Positions 36,801 through 50,850 of a DNA stretch of 64,000 nucleotides are shown here, piece after piece. The stretch covers positions 10,536 through 74,535 of the forward strand of contig NIVC01003836.1 of the NCBI GenBank assembly GCA_002269645.1, given 5' to 3'. The translations under genes were made by a program, and so were the position numbers. Numbering within the stretch: the stretch's first letter is position 1; each line of letters opens with the position of its first letter. Source of the DNA: Macrostomum lignano. Lineage: Eukaryota. The notes beneath the pieces are model-generated. The model did not search any database and was not told the DNA's origin. It saw nothing but the letters and a program-made list of their open reading frames with translations.

Positions 36801-39012
36801 TGCCGCAGCCGAACACGGAGCCGTCCGCAAGCAGCGGCAGCAGGTGATAAGCGGCATCGCCGCAGGCGGCCGTCACGGTGACGCGAAGCGGACGAGATTT
36901 TGCTCGCAACGCGGACGTCTCCGCGTCCAGTTTGGCCTTGTAGCGAGTGTTGTCATTGGCAACCGCCCGCTGCTGGGGACTCGTCATGTCCGACTCGAAG
37001 TCGTAGTAAGCTGATTGAATGATGTAAAGAATAGTAAAAAGAGTGGCTGGATTGTTGTGTCGTGGCAAGGAGCCCGTAAAAGGGCCGTTTTTCTGACTAA
37101 CTAAAAAGGGGTATTTTTTCCTACTACTCTACTTAAAGTAGTGCAGTTCATAAATCATTCGTATAATGTATTTTGGAATCACGTGACATTTTGGGGTTTC
37201 TAATTTATTGATTGTGTAATAATTTATTGTTGGATGTCAAATATAAGCGCGGGTTGTCCTAAGGGAGCTCTTGTTCTTGTTTACCGGCAAAAGTCTTACC
37301 TGCCTAAGTACTCGTTTGTTTTTCCTGTGTTAGTCTATCGAGACACCACATGGATACTCGTAGTTAGCGAATCAGCAGGTGACTTTGGAAACTGTACATC
37401 TGCTCTGAATTTCTCATACACCTTTATTCCTTCTTTCCTTGGGAGGAAAGCGTTGACCCTTCATAGGCTCTGTAATAAGCTCTTTAAGTCTTGCGCCACT
37501 CAAGTCAAGAACTCGCTTTGAAATCATTGCTGCAAAAATTCTGTATGAAACTTTGCGGCATCTTTGTTTGGGTTTTCCAATTTGGAAGCTGCAGACATCT
37601 GACCCATTCTGACGCTTAAAAGACACCAGAAACGTCGCCACCGGGGGTGACAGGGGGACAGGGGCCAATGCTTTGCCCGCCACCCCACCTTTGTTGACCT
37701 GTTATGGAAATCAATAATTTTGCTTCAGGGCAACAAAAATGGTGCCTACGGCGCTAAAATGAGTGCCTGTGGCGCTAAAATGAGTGCCTGTGGCGCTAAA
37801 ATGAGTGCCTGTGGCGCTAAAATGAGTGCCTGTGGCGCTAAAATGAGTGCCTGTGGCGCTAAAATGCGTGCCTGCGGCGCTAAAATGAGTTCTTGTGGCG
37901 CTAAAATGAGTGCCTGTGGCGCTAAACTGCGTGCCTGCGGCGCTAAAATGAGTGCCTGCGGCGCTAAAATGAGTGCCTGTGGCGCTAAAATGATCGCTGA
38001 CAACACCGATTCTGAAAATAATGTACATTTAGGAATTTAGTCGCGTACATGAACATGCAGAATTCTTGGCTTTGTCCCCCCCACCATAAAATCCATGGCG
38101 AAGCCCCTGAAAGACACCCAGTTCAAAGTTCAACACACGAAGTTGGCTAGATCAAGGCACCTAAAAAATCTCGAAGACTTGATACGAGTTGAGTAGAGTT
38201 TTTCAATTTGAGTACTTCAATCTCACCTTTAGCATATTCCTGGAATTCGTTGGCGCCCCCAATCAGGACACCTTTGCCGCCTTGGTTCACCAGCTCTCGC
38301 CACACGATAGGGGATTTGTACTGATGCCAGCCGCGCTCCTCGCAGCACTGACGGGACCAGTCCTGGCGAAATAAAATGGCCAATGCAGACTTCTTTTGGC
38401 TTAAACAGAATTTTATATCAAAGTTTATAGAAGGACCCGCCAATTGTGTAAATTCACAGTATTTTACAACAAGGTGCGCCCACCTAGTTTATAAATCTAT
38501 GTAAATTTATTGAGCGTCGCTTCTTTCAATTTTTTTCTTGACAAACTTGTAAGTTCAACTCGAACAAAACGCATAGTCTTTTTTCGTTTTGTTTGAATTC
38601 GGAAGTCCAGAAGGTGACATGGCTATTGTGAGTTTTGACGATTTTCTCACCGGCCATTCCTCTGGAGTTTTCACGATCTTCGTCAATTTGAAGGCTGGCA
38701 AATTCTTGGCTAAATAATCGGCCAGTAGTTCTACTCTGGCATAGTACGGACAGTCTGATGAGCCTAAAATGTATTATTTTGTTTTTATGTTTGATGATGT
38801 GCGGCGTAAATATCCTTTATGCAAAATCAGTTAGTGACGAAAATTCAATGATTACTCGTATTAGCAAAGTATGATTGAATATTTTGAATACATTTATAAA
38901 AGGATACGAATCACTAAATTTTTACATAATTTACATCAATTTTTGGATATATATGGCATTACTGAGTATTCGCAACTGAGAAAAACTTACCAGCAATAAC
39001 AATTTTTGCCAT
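30890..39012 (-). CDS. MDH1B: Malate dehydrogenase 1B-like; several frameshifts in the middle exons; last exon uncertain
   Basis: Exons 38991-39012 (MAKIVIAG), 38651-38763 (SDCPYYARVELLADYL), 38227-38362 (KSPIVWRELVNQGGKGVLIGGANEF), 36751-37010, ~32522-32780, ~31443-31978 (ILVSGRAPVNFG, VGDLVIWGD, ATADTLRDWW) and 30890-31020 (WYGIPEGVVFSFPV). Confidence 0.88.
31098..31422. repeat. 33-bp minisatellite (gggagaactcagtcacattggtacaggatcagt)
   Basis: About 9-10 units in an MDH1B intron. Confidence 0.95.
32040..32323 (+). mobile_element. tRNA-derived SINE copy
   Basis: A-box-like TAGCCCAGTG and B-box-like GGCTCGATTCC, followed by a body shared with 46975-47311 and 55342-55690. Confidence 0.82.
32842..33008. 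mobile_element. Small hAT-like MITE (167 bp)
   Basis: TIR taggggcgtagccag versus the reverse complement of ctggctaagccccca. Contains 2-3 ggcgcccctggtgcta units. TSD unclear. Confidence 0.6.
33360..36600. repeat. ~3.2-kb polypyrimidine minisatellite, 11-bp unit (cctctccccta), MDH1B intron
   Basis: About 290 units with variants catctccccta, cctctcctcta and actctccccta. Confidence 0.97.
37627..38109. mobile_element. hAT-type MITE (483 bp) carrying a 21-bp tandem array
   Basis: 8-bp TSD AAAGACAC at 37619-37626 and 38110-38117. Imperfect TIR cagaaacgtcgcca / caggggcttcgcca. About 11 copies of gtggcgctaaaatgagtgcct at 37750-37990. Confidence 0.85.
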
Positions 39013-39409
39013 ATTTATCCCGCCTTTTAATTGCTTGCAAGTAGAAGCGAAAACAAAAACTAAGCCTAGGCCCCTAACCGTTTCTTGGAAGTTGCCATGA
39101 CTCCCTAAAAGTCAAAAAAATCAAAATGCAATGAGCAGAAAATCAAATTTTAATCTGCATATATAAATTGTTTTATTGCATTTTAATTAAAGCGAAATTT
39201 AGCACAGTTAACAACACTAAAAAATGGAATACTATCGAGGAAAGACATAATATACGAATGACTAATTCGCGCTATTCAAATCTGGACACATTGGCACTTC
39301 TTTTTCTTCCCCGAAATTGGCTGATTTAGCCTGATTAGCCTTGCCTTGCCTAGATTGCTCTTGTATCAACCCGGCATTTGTTCGTTAATGTTCGTTCGTT
39401 AACTGCTTT

Positions 39410-39840
39410 TGTAGGTCCATGGCTTGGCAGCGTGCAAAATCTTGTTGCCAAAGGGCAAGTACTCACGAAGCTTTGACGTACCTATGCAAAAAATTTTGGA
39501 CAGACTGCAGACAAACTTTCTGATCATCAGCTGCCATGTTGTTGAAAAGGTGTCTGGCTGACTCTCCAATACGCAGCTGGTAGGGTGATAGCTGAATTAT
39601 AATGTCTGTCTCATCTACCGTCCAAAACTTTTCGGCCTTCGGGCAGACTTTGCTGCTTGACGAAGCGCAGAAGCCATTGCTTCATGATATTGGTGAGCTC
39701 ATTGTATAGCTCCTGTATATGACATCCCTCCTGATAGAAGAGGAGCTCTAACTGCTGAAGCAGCTTTAAAAGCTTAGCTAGGATTAGGAAGCAGAGAAAG
39801 AACTCGATCTTAGAGTCCTCCAGAGTGCCTTTGATGCTTG
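39410..39840 (-). pseudogene. Degenerate hAT-like transposase fragment
   Basis: Broken frames read IEFFLCFL..LELLFYQEGCHIQELYNELTNIMKQWLLRFVK, QLRIGESARHLF and SKLREYLPFGNKILH, recalling the C-terminal helical region of hAT-like transposases. Resemblance judged by eye. Confidence 0.45.
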
Positions 39841-40375
39841 AATTTTTGGGGACATTATGCTTGGATGGCTTTACTTAAATGAAGTAAAGATATTCAATTC
39901 AATTCAATCAAGGAAAAATGCATAGCTTTCAAAACACAAAGGTCTCATTTCCTATCGTTTATAAATTGGTTTGTTAATTAGACATTACAATACCATTATT
40001 ATTCAATTTATTTGAAAAAGTAAAGTTTATTTGAGATAATTAGAAAGATATTTTGAATTGTAAGTTATTCAATGCCTTGCTTTAGATTCAAACTTTGGAT
40101 GAAAGTAAATACACATGCTGCAAATTGTTGTAAATAAAATTTTGCATTCATAGCAGTCTTATATAGAGATTTGGCACATGGAAAAGAAAAATGCATTTTA
40201 AATATTATAAAATAAATATGTTATAGAATGTATGTATGTTATAATATGTCAATTTAAGCATAGAAGATACACAAAACATTGAAGTATAGAATGCAAACAC
40301 TGAACACCAAACAATAAAATTTAAATACAAAAACTGAACATTGGAAAGTGTAGCATTCAATTCAGAATATACAGA

Positions 40376-40898
40376 CAGTGGTAGGAATGAGGAGTAGGGT
40401 CGCCTTTTTTGAGTCCCAGAAAAGTTTTTGAACCAAACTATTTTTAAAAGAGACTTGTAAATCATAGATACTAATTCTTTATTTTTCAGGAAATGTTTTT
40501 GTAGGCTCAAACTAAATAACATTTATAAATACAAAACAACTAGTAGCATAAATACTTACTAAACAATGTCTACAAAGGTTGAACTGTTGTACTGTTTCTC
40601 GTATCTTTTAACTAAAGTAATAACATTGAGTAAACCTGATACAAAAGAAATTTAAAAGACTAAGAGAGTGAGACATGCTTTCAGTAGTCGATGTCAACAC
40701 TAAAAATAAAAAAGTGTCATTCCAATCCCTCTCCCACTTTCTCTCTCCCTCACGCCAAGGCATCAAAGGCATCTGTGAAAGATTAGTCAATAAAGAATAA
40801 GACTTAGCAAAGGAAAAATCCGGGCCATTAGGTACAAAGAAATTTGGGGCACCCAGGCATTTGGGCCTGGCCCAAATTCGGGCCTTATTCCCCCACTG
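40376..40898. mobile_element. hAT-type MITE (523 bp)
   Basis: TIR cagtggtaggaatgagg versus cagtgggggaataagg. Flanks tatacaga and catacaga match at 7 of 8 positions. Confidence 0.7.
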
Positions 40899-41010
40899 CA
40901 TACAGAGGCTCAAGCCCAAAGAATTGGGAAAAATTGCTTCAGACAAATAGAGTCCACTAAAGTGACTCAGCATAAATAAGTTCGGCTTGCTAAATAAAAG
41001 ACAAAATTGC

Positions 41011-42480
41011 TTATTCAGTCTTTAAAAGAATTTTAGTCACCATTCTGTCTGAACTGTTTAAGCCTTTGTTTGGCTTCTGAAAGCTATAAATAATCTCTAG
41101 CACCTCAATCGCATTCTCAATCACTTTGTGCTTCAAGTTCAGGGCCAAGTAGTTGTAGGCGCTCAAAGTTTTCCATTGTACTAAACAGGCTAGAAAAGTA
41201 AAGTTTTGCTTAGATTGCATTTCTAGAGGTACATTAAGAATCTTATAATAAATTGCTAATAGCTTATGTTTAGTTTTTGCCTTTCCAATTAGGTTACATA
41301 ACTTCAAATTCATCAGTATAAAGTGACAGATAAATTGCTTTACTATATTGCTCAGAGACTAACAATGGAGCAATATAGTCTTTGAAATATAGAAATAAAT
41401 AAAAAAAATGATCCTTTCTCTTCAATCTTTGTGCCTAGAATAATCTGATAAAAATTTGGGTCTTGCAAGAGTGTAGTAAGAGTATTAGAAATTGGAACAT
41501 AATACATTGCTGATGACTTTGGAAAAGTAGGAATTTCAATAGGCTCTACATACCTAAAGTTTTGCTTGAGGTATTACAAGAGCTGCCTATCAATAACAAT
41601 AATATCATGGTAAGCATCAAAAAAACTATTCAAATTTATACTACGCATAATGTCCTGCATTTGCTCATTATCAATATTATGCTCCTTCAAAACTTGTTCA
41701 ACAAGAGAAGTAAATGAGTATAAAAAAGTTGATAGAATATCATAAAGCTCACTAGTTAGGCCCTTTGCAATACTATGAGGTAAGCTATGAAAATTGCAAG
41801 AGTTAATCAAAAAGAGAATTATCTTATGTGCTATATCATTCTTAAGCTGCCCCTTTAAGTCAGTTGAAGTACCATCTCTTCTGTTTTCCATTAAAACATT
41901 GGCTATAGCTAAACAATCATAGGCACTTATAGTATTAGTAGGCTGCTATCGAATAGTACGACTATGATGAGCATGATCTCTGACACTAGAACTTGAATTA
42001 GAACCAGAAGAACTACCCTGATCAAGAGGAAGCAATGGATCAAGCATTGGCAATGTGGTAAAGTTGCAAGAAGTTGCCTTTTTAAAAAGTCTAAAAAATG
42101 GCTTCATTGCAAATGCCAAATAACAAGTAATTTTGACTTTTTGACAACTTAAAGCTTCTATTCTTGACAAACTTGTTGGCACAAAAGTACTTGTAGTGAT
42201 AAAAAACAATTGTCTAGTCATTGTCCTTAAAGTTGCATTTACAACAATATAAAAACAAAAGTCCAAGCTGAACATCTTTAAGAGGAGAAAGCATGTTTTT
42301 AATCACAAAAATGTCTTAATTGGAGTAAAAAATGAAAATATGGTAGATAATTTGCACTTGGTTTGATTGAAGGTAAATTTCTGAATCAATTATTAGCTGA
42401 GTGCCAGCAATTTCAGAACAATAATGTCATGTAGAGAATGATCAAGATGGCTTATCACCTCAGACAAGTCACAAAATGAA
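41011..42480 (-). pseudogene. Degenerate EnSpm/CACTA-like (animal type) transposase relic
   Basis: Across stops and frameshifts: YYVPISNTLTTLL, LSLYTDEFEV/CNLIGKAKTKHKLLAIYYKILNVP..SK..FLACL. This matches the LY.DDFEV.NPLG...KHKL..YY..N.P motif of these transposases. Confidence 0.7.
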
Positions 42481-43956
42481 AATGCTATTTTTTTCATTTA
42501 AATAATGCAGACTAAAACAAAGCAAAGGCAAATGTTTGTTTGCTTAGTACATTTTCATAAATAAACTTTTGAGGCATATATTATTTATGCATTATGTTGA
42601 TTCCAAAATCTCCCTTAGCATTAAGTTGTAACTTTGAATCCATATGATAAAAGGCCAGAAGGCAGCATCCTTATCTGAAAAGTGGAATGCAGTGATATAC
42701 AGATTACATTAAATATGTCTCTTTATAGAAAAACTGGTTGCCACTTTTGGCCACTTTACAGCCACATCATTTTTTGGCCACTCTGTCTACTCTTTGGCCA
42801 CTTTATTTTTACAGTGTATCTCACTTCTCTTCCTATTGTCCTCTCCCTTCTCCCTATTTCTTTCTGAGTCTTCTTGTTCTTATTCAACAATAAATAAGAA
42901 TATTCAAAATGCTTTGCTTCTGCTGAGACTTTCATAAATTAGACTTTCTTAAATACATGAAACAAAAACGAGATGTACAAGCGTAAGATGAAGAAGGTAC
43001 TGCTTCCAACACAAATTTGAGGAAAACAATGGCACAAAAGTTCACAAGGCTGAAATTTGTGCCTGGCCTTAATATTTGCAGATTCACACTTCTTTCATGA
43101 ATTTTGCGCCATGGTAAGACCACTGTAATACCACTACATCTATTCTTGATGACTTGGACTAAGATTATACCATAAGACATTTTGTCTGTTCTATGACAAG
43201 ACAAGAATAATGGCATCTTATTGTGTCAAACTGCACCCAACTGACAATTATTTTAGTTTATATTTGTGTCACCTTTTTCATAGGATCACTATTGCAGATT
43301 GATATAAACTGTTTTTGTTTAATGGTTTTTGTTTGACAAACACTTTTTTAACTGCTATAGCAGAATATAATAGGAAATTATATAATATATTTGATAAAAG
43401 AACACATAAAATGATATGTAAACCAAGAGGGCCAGTAGACATGCATTAATAAACTGATATACTGGTATTGTAGCAGTATGACTATTCAAGAGCTAGGAGA
43501 ACTGCAATAAGGGGTGTGAAACAGAGCCATGAAATGATAACTATAATAAGAGAACTTAAGAACCATAATTTAAGTACCAAAAATGTTCAGGAAAAATGCA
43601 GTAAAATAAGCACACTTTTAAAACAAGTTCACTTTTAATTCTATTTGAATTCTAACAGTAAGCTTTTAGAATATTCAGAAAGCAATTTGACAAAAGTGTA
43701 AAAGTTGAACATGATTAAAAATAACAAGCTAACTTATAGACAAGTAGGTAAAACACAAACTAAAGTCATCCTATCCTGTAATTAGCATCATATCTGACTC
43801 CAGTTATATTTGAGGGCTTTACTTTACTATTTTGTACCATATTATTACATTAATTTATATCATAGAATTACTTTTTCATGTCAGCCTAATGAGTGCAAAC
43901 TGTGTATTTATTGCATGCTGCAATCAAATCCAATAAACCTAATCCTTTTGTTTTAA

Positions 43957-45536
<1,580 letters not shown>

Positions 45537-46420
45537 CAAAAGCAACAAAACAAAGCATTCTTTATTGAGCTGCTCTCTGCTGCCTCTGTCTAGTTGCTTT
45601 TCTGTTAAACTGTGGAAGAAAAGTTGAAATTATTAATCGCTTTATGGTTAGTTTGCCTGGTGAGCAGACATGATACACGTGCAGAAAATGTTACAATCCA
45701 TTCTATTAAATTCTGCTCCTAAGTCCTAGCTTGCAGCTCTACTCTGTGTAAAATTAAGTTTATTGACAATATTCAGAAGCTCTGTTTACTAGTTTGTTGA
45801 CCATTAATAGATTTTTTATGTATGCAGCAATAAATTTATTGTTATCTATCTAGTTATGAGTCATTGTGTTGCTTCTGTTAATTACTCAGAAAGTTCTGAA
45901 AAAACTGATGCAAAAACCACAAAGTTACTGCTGGTTCAATCTTTTCTTAGAAGTCTAATTGGAAAACAAAAGCTGGTTGGAAATGGCAGGTTTTCAATTA
46001 CAAAAATTGTGTTTTATTAATTCCATGTTGTACATGCGCATGTTGATTTAATTAACTACTCGTCATGTTTATTATTTAGCTTATAATAAATATACGATTT
46101 GTTTTGAATTCGTCGAGTTTTGGTTTTTTAAACTTCATAACCAATCATAGACGATTGCTTCTGTTTTTATAAAACTCAGATATTCATTTTCTTATTTACA
46201 AAATTCGATTCCAACTTCCCCGCATATTTCCAAAAAGTTTCTAGTCAATCTGTGGGTATTATGTACTCATGCAGCACACGCTCACATAGGGTGCACAGCG
46301 GCCTTGAATTTCTCATCATTAGGCCACAGATACTATATCTGTGCATTAGGCGTGTACACTCTGGAATCTGCCTGGTAAGAACGTGACAATAATCACTAGT
46401 CATTGCTAACAATTCTCGCT

Positions 46421-46824
46421 AGTGACTCTAGCGTCTTGTGAATTTTTAACGACTCAAACGACTAAATGCGACGGAGAGCCGAGAGGCAAATGTTGAGTCG
46501 TAAGAGTCGCGAAAAAGTCGCACAAGTGTCGTGTTAGCGCTTCACTTTCTACTACCTCTAGTAGATTAAATAGAGTTGTTATGAATGCGAAATGCGATTC
46601 TAATTCATTACTCGTAAAATAACCTAGAAGCGCTTTAGACGCAACTCCGTGATTCTATACAGCGACTCTAGCTCGCATCAGATACGACTCAACGGTCTTA
46701 GAGCCATAATAGAAGCACCCCACAGTCGCAGACAACAAAACGCCTCTAATCTAACCGACTCTGACGACTTTTTGGCGACTTGTACCACAACATCTCGTCG
46801 TTTTCAGAGTCGTCTAGAGTCACT
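46421..46824. mobile_element. Degenerate palindromic MITE-like element (404 bp)
   Basis: Perfect 11-bp TIR AGTGACTCTAG/CTAGAGTCACT. Inner inverted motifs gtcgcgaaaaagtcg / cgactttttggcgac. Confidence 0.55.
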
Positions 46825-46974
46825 TCTTTTCCATTTTATTTACCTGTGTTGCCCGCAACGACTGGGGCGACGCAAGTGACTCTGGGACGCTTCTTAACCT
46901 AGGTACCGTTTTTCATCGGGATGTGTCGGATGAAAGCCCTTTGAACTGTTTTCGTACAAACCGGGCCCGGGGGG

Positions 46975-47311
46975 GGGCGTAGCCCAGCGGTATAGCGGCT
47001 GCTCTGGTGTGCCAGCGACCCAGGCTCGATTCCAAGTGCAGTCACATTAATTTGGGGCTGAATTGGAATCTCGGTTTGGCTCTGCTCGTGCAATTAACGG
47101 CCTTGAGAGCCAACCCCCCAAGGCACAGTGAAGTGTACATGTCTAACGATATAAATAAAGTTAGGGCCGCTGTACACTCCTGTGTGAGTGTGTGCCTGCG
47201 TACGTATCCGCGCGCTTGTATGCCTGCTCAGGGGAGTCGGCGGAATGGGCAGTAATGCCTCTCGCCGGTTGTGTGCCTATGTCGCTTAAAGTGCGCCAGG
47301 GTGCACACAAC
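46975..47311 (+). mobile_element. tRNA-derived SINE, longest copy
   Basis: A-box TAGCCCAGCGG, B-box GGCTCGATTCC, and the shared body ending gtgcgccagggtgcacac. Confidence 0.85.
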
Positions 47312-47351
47312 CCCCCTGCCTCTAACAAAAAATCCCTGTGTTGCCCGCAAC

Positions 47352-48977
47352 GGGTCTACGACGTTTGCCTGCGGGACGTTTGCCAGCCGACGTTTGCCTG
47401 CGGGACGTTTGCCAGCCGACATTTGCCAGCCGACGTTTGCCAGCCGACGTTTGCCAGCGGGACGTTTGCCAGCCGACGTTTGCCTGCCGGACGTTTGCCT
47501 GCGGGACGTTTGCCAGCCGACGTTTGCCAGCCGACGGTTGCCAGCCGACATTTGCCCGCCGACGTTTGCCAGCGATACGTTTGCCAGTCGGACGTTTGCC
47601 TGCCGGACGTTTGCCAGCCGACGTTTGCCAGCCGACGTTTGCCTGCCGGAAGTTTGCCAGCCAAAATTTGCTAGCCAATATAAAGCCAGTCAGTGAAAAA
47701 TTTGATACTGAAATATTCGCAGTTTAGCGGTTTGACAAAAACCGTTTTTACTCCAACTTTCTGACGGTTATTCGCATATATACAAGTTTGAAAGCAAAAT
47801 ATATAAATTATGCAATTTATATAGATTTACATCTAATATCCAGTTTAACAACGATTTTCTTTGAATGTGAAAATATTGTTTACTTTTGACAATTTTGTAT
47901 CGTTTTTCCCAGTTTGAGATGTTTGATTTTTGATGTGCGAAAGAAGACGCGCAGATTACAACGGGAATCTCCAGCGATTAAGTTATGAGGCAAACAAAAA
48001 GAGCTGCTGAGCGGTAATTCTGGCTCATATATTTCTCAGTTCATTGGGAGATCCAAAAGTAAGCAAATTGATTCCAATTCTGTTGTATTACTACTCAAGT
48101 AAGCCAGGAAACCGCGATCTCAACGTACATGTGTAGACGAGTCGAATGCGGTACGTTTGTATAGTAAGCTATATAGCTGAATAGCCAGACAAGCCGCCAG
48201 TAACAAGCTAGTAGGATAGCAAGCGCTAGACACTACGTATGCAAAGCTTAGTCATGCCAAGGACTACTAAAGTAGTAGTACGCAGCACTCGAAATCTATG
48301 AAAAATGTTTTGAAGGCCATAGGGAGATAGGAAGTTTTCATCTTTTCAGCACAACAATTGTTATTGCTTTCATACGAGGCAAACCCAATGTTCATCTTTT
48401 GATATGTTGTGCCAAAATCGTTGTTAAACTAGATTTATATATAGTTAGATTTAGATTTTCTTAGATTTTGATTTTCTAGATTTATACTATATTTATATAT
48501 TTTGCTTTCAAACTTGTATACATGCGAATAACCGTCAAAAAGTTGGAGTAAAAACGGTTTTTGTCAAACCGCTAAACTGCGAATATTTCAGTATCAATTT
48601 TTTCACTGACTGGCTTTATATTGGCTAGCAAATTTTGGCTGGCAAACTTCCGGCAGGCAAACGTCGGCTGGCAAACGTCGGCTGGCAAACGTCCGGCAGG
48701 CAAACGTCCGGCAGGCAAACTTCGGCTGACAAACGTCCCGCTGGCAAACGTCGGCTGGCAAACGTCGGCTGGCAAATGTCGGCTGGCAAACGTCCCGCAG
48801 GCAAACGTCCGGCTGGCAAACGTCCGGCAGGCAAACGTCGGCTGGCAAACGTCCGGCAGGCAAACGTCGGCTGGCAAACGTCCCACTGGCAAACGTCGGC
48901 TGGCAAACGTCGGCTGGCAAACGTCCGGCAGGCAAACGTCGGCTGGCAAACGTCCCGCAGGCAAACGTCGCTATCCC
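47352..48977. mobile_element. Mutator-like foldback element (1626 bp) with ~500-bp TIRs built on 14-15-bp subterminal repeats
   Basis: 9-bp TSD GCCCGCAAC at 47343-47351 and 48978-48986. gacgtttgccagcc arrays on the left are inverted on the right. Unique TIR sequence 47650-47860 matches ~48410-48650 inverted. Confidence 0.92.
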
Positions 48978-49104
48978 GCCCGCAACGACTGGGGCGACGC
49001 AAGTGACTCTGGGACGCTTCTTAACCTAGGTACCGTTTTTCATCGGGATGTGTCGGATGAAAGCCCTTTGAACTGTTTTCGTACAAACGGGCGGGGCCCG
49101 AAGT

Positions 49105-49175
49105 CATGAGTGATCAAGCGCGGCGCTCGTATGTGCCAGCGGCCCGGGCTCGATTCCAAGCGCAGTCACAATAAT
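49105..49175 (+). mobile_element. SINE 5' fragment
   Basis: gcgcggcgctcgtatgtgccagcggcccgggctcgattccaagcgcagtcaca matches the SINE head. Confidence 0.7.
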
Positions 49176-50325
49176 TCTGCTCCCACGTCTCTCAATTACA
49201 AACCAATGTGATTTCTTAATTCTCTTCTCATCGATCCACATCCTGACTCGCTTTCGACACGTTTTATACACTTAGGAATAAAATCCAAGAGTTGTAGCTC
49301 GTAAGAAATTTGACAAATTCAAGAATTCCAGAACTAGAAATCTTTACCATGCAGTTTTCTTGAATCTGACTAAATTATAATGTTTAGGTGATTGCGTTTC
49401 TGTCTACTAAACCATCGTAGCATCTATTAGCCAACTGTTAGAAACTACGAGCTATTACAAGCACTTGGATTTTCCGAGAATTATTGAGCCAGCATCGAGA
49501 AGCGTACATTGTTCCCTATTTAAATACGTCTCTTACGTATGAGCTTAGAATAGCTCACGCACTCCCTTCTATAGGAGCGTGTGGATAGAGATTCCAATTT
49601 GTTGGGTGAATCAGAAGGTACTAAGTGAGCTCACCAGACTAAAAAAGGTATTTAAGCCCGCCAGTATCACCCCCGAAGTGCCCCACTTCCATTTATTTTC
49701 AAATTAACATTTGTTCCACATCTTCTTTCGCAATTGCGAGTATGTCGAATCAAGGTGAGTAGCCCAGAAAACTTGATTTAACTACGAGCGTAAATAGTTT
49801 TTCAATTCACTTTTCTATGGGTCAATAAGCTTGTCACCGAACTTTCCTATTGCAGGCTAGAGCGCAGTCGAATCCCTGAAGTGTCCGGCCTGACAGGTTT
49901 GAGTCTGCTGCCGCTGGACCAGATCGATCTGCGGCGCCCAATATGCAGCGGCCACTCAATCTCCAATGCTTGCAAAGCGCCCGACATCGGTTTGGGTTCC
50001 GCCCTGCCGGTCCTGGCACTCGAACCCCCCATCGAGGAAGCTCTGAGAGAGCAGCCGGGACCCCAGTGCGCGGCGCTTGGCCTCTGCACCGGGTTGCTGC
50101 GGGCGGAGTTGGCGGTTCGCGGCGAGCGGGTCACCGCGGATTGTCCCTGGATCCGGGGGCAGTCTGACTCGCCTCAGGCGAGCGGGCCCGTCAATTTTTT
50201 GTCGTCAAATTTTTTTCGGCAAGAATACTGGCGGCCCCACGCAGTCTCCGATTGTCACCATAGGAGTCTGTGACGCGGTAAAACGATGGAGATTTGACGA
50301 CTCTACAGAGCCTTAGCGCTTTGAA

Positions 50326-50850
50326 ATGGTTGATTGTGTGGTGTTGAGCAGCAGCAAGAGCTACATCAGGAGCCTGAGCAGTAGGTACAACTGCATCCAG
50401 GCTGGAACAGTAAGGAGGAGCTTCGGAGACCAGCTAGCGTGCTTCCGCTTCAACTTTGAAGGCGAAGATAGGGAGAGAGATAGAGAGCGAGATGGAATAT
50501 TTTTGTACCACGCTTGGAGCAGAGAGCTGGAGAAAACTGCAGCCAGCATTCGCGTGCGGCTACCGTCAAAAGTGCACAAGTACTGCAGCGTCTACGCTGT
50601 GGCGGTAAGATTCAAAGACCCAGTCCAAGACAATTGGATGGGTTTCCTGGCCGAGATGGAGGACGAGTCTGCGGCAGCGAGGAGCAGCGGCCGCTATCAC
50701 AGATGGGAGAAGCTCGAGGTGCCCGACTGCGGCACTAGCGACCCGATTGTGATCGTCAGCAGCCTATCAGATGCTGATGAGCTGGGCCGAACACGCCCAG
50801 TAATTTATAATTTTTTTAAGGAAAACCCTGTTGTATTTTCTACAGAGTAG
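50326..50850 (+). CDS. Orphan protein A (174 aa), paralogue of 52821-53378
   Basis: Intronless ORF that aligns over about 130 aa with the paralogue (YIR.L..Y.C, ACF.F, YHAW..EL, VHK.C.VYAVAV.FKDP, SSG.YH.WE.L). No family recognised. Confidence 0.8.
   Translation: MVDCVVLSSSKSYIRSLSSRYNCIQAGTVRRSFGDQLACFRFNFEGEDRERDRERDGIFLYHAWSRELEKTAASIRVRLPSKVHKYCSVYAVAVRFKDPVQDNWMGFLAEMEDESAAARSSGRYHRWEKLEVPDCGTSDPIVIVSSLSDADELGRTRPVIYNFFKENPVVFSTE

Noticed and set aside
46975-47060. tRNA gene candidates at the SINE heads
   Set aside because: Only the A/B boxes are kept. There is no full cloverleaf, the sequence continues into a shared non-tRNA body, and the copies are dispersed and diverged.
49881-50273. 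130-aa ORF upstream of orphan gene A as an N-terminal extension
   Set aside because: It has a GTG start, is in a different frame from the main ORF, and has no counterpart before gene B.
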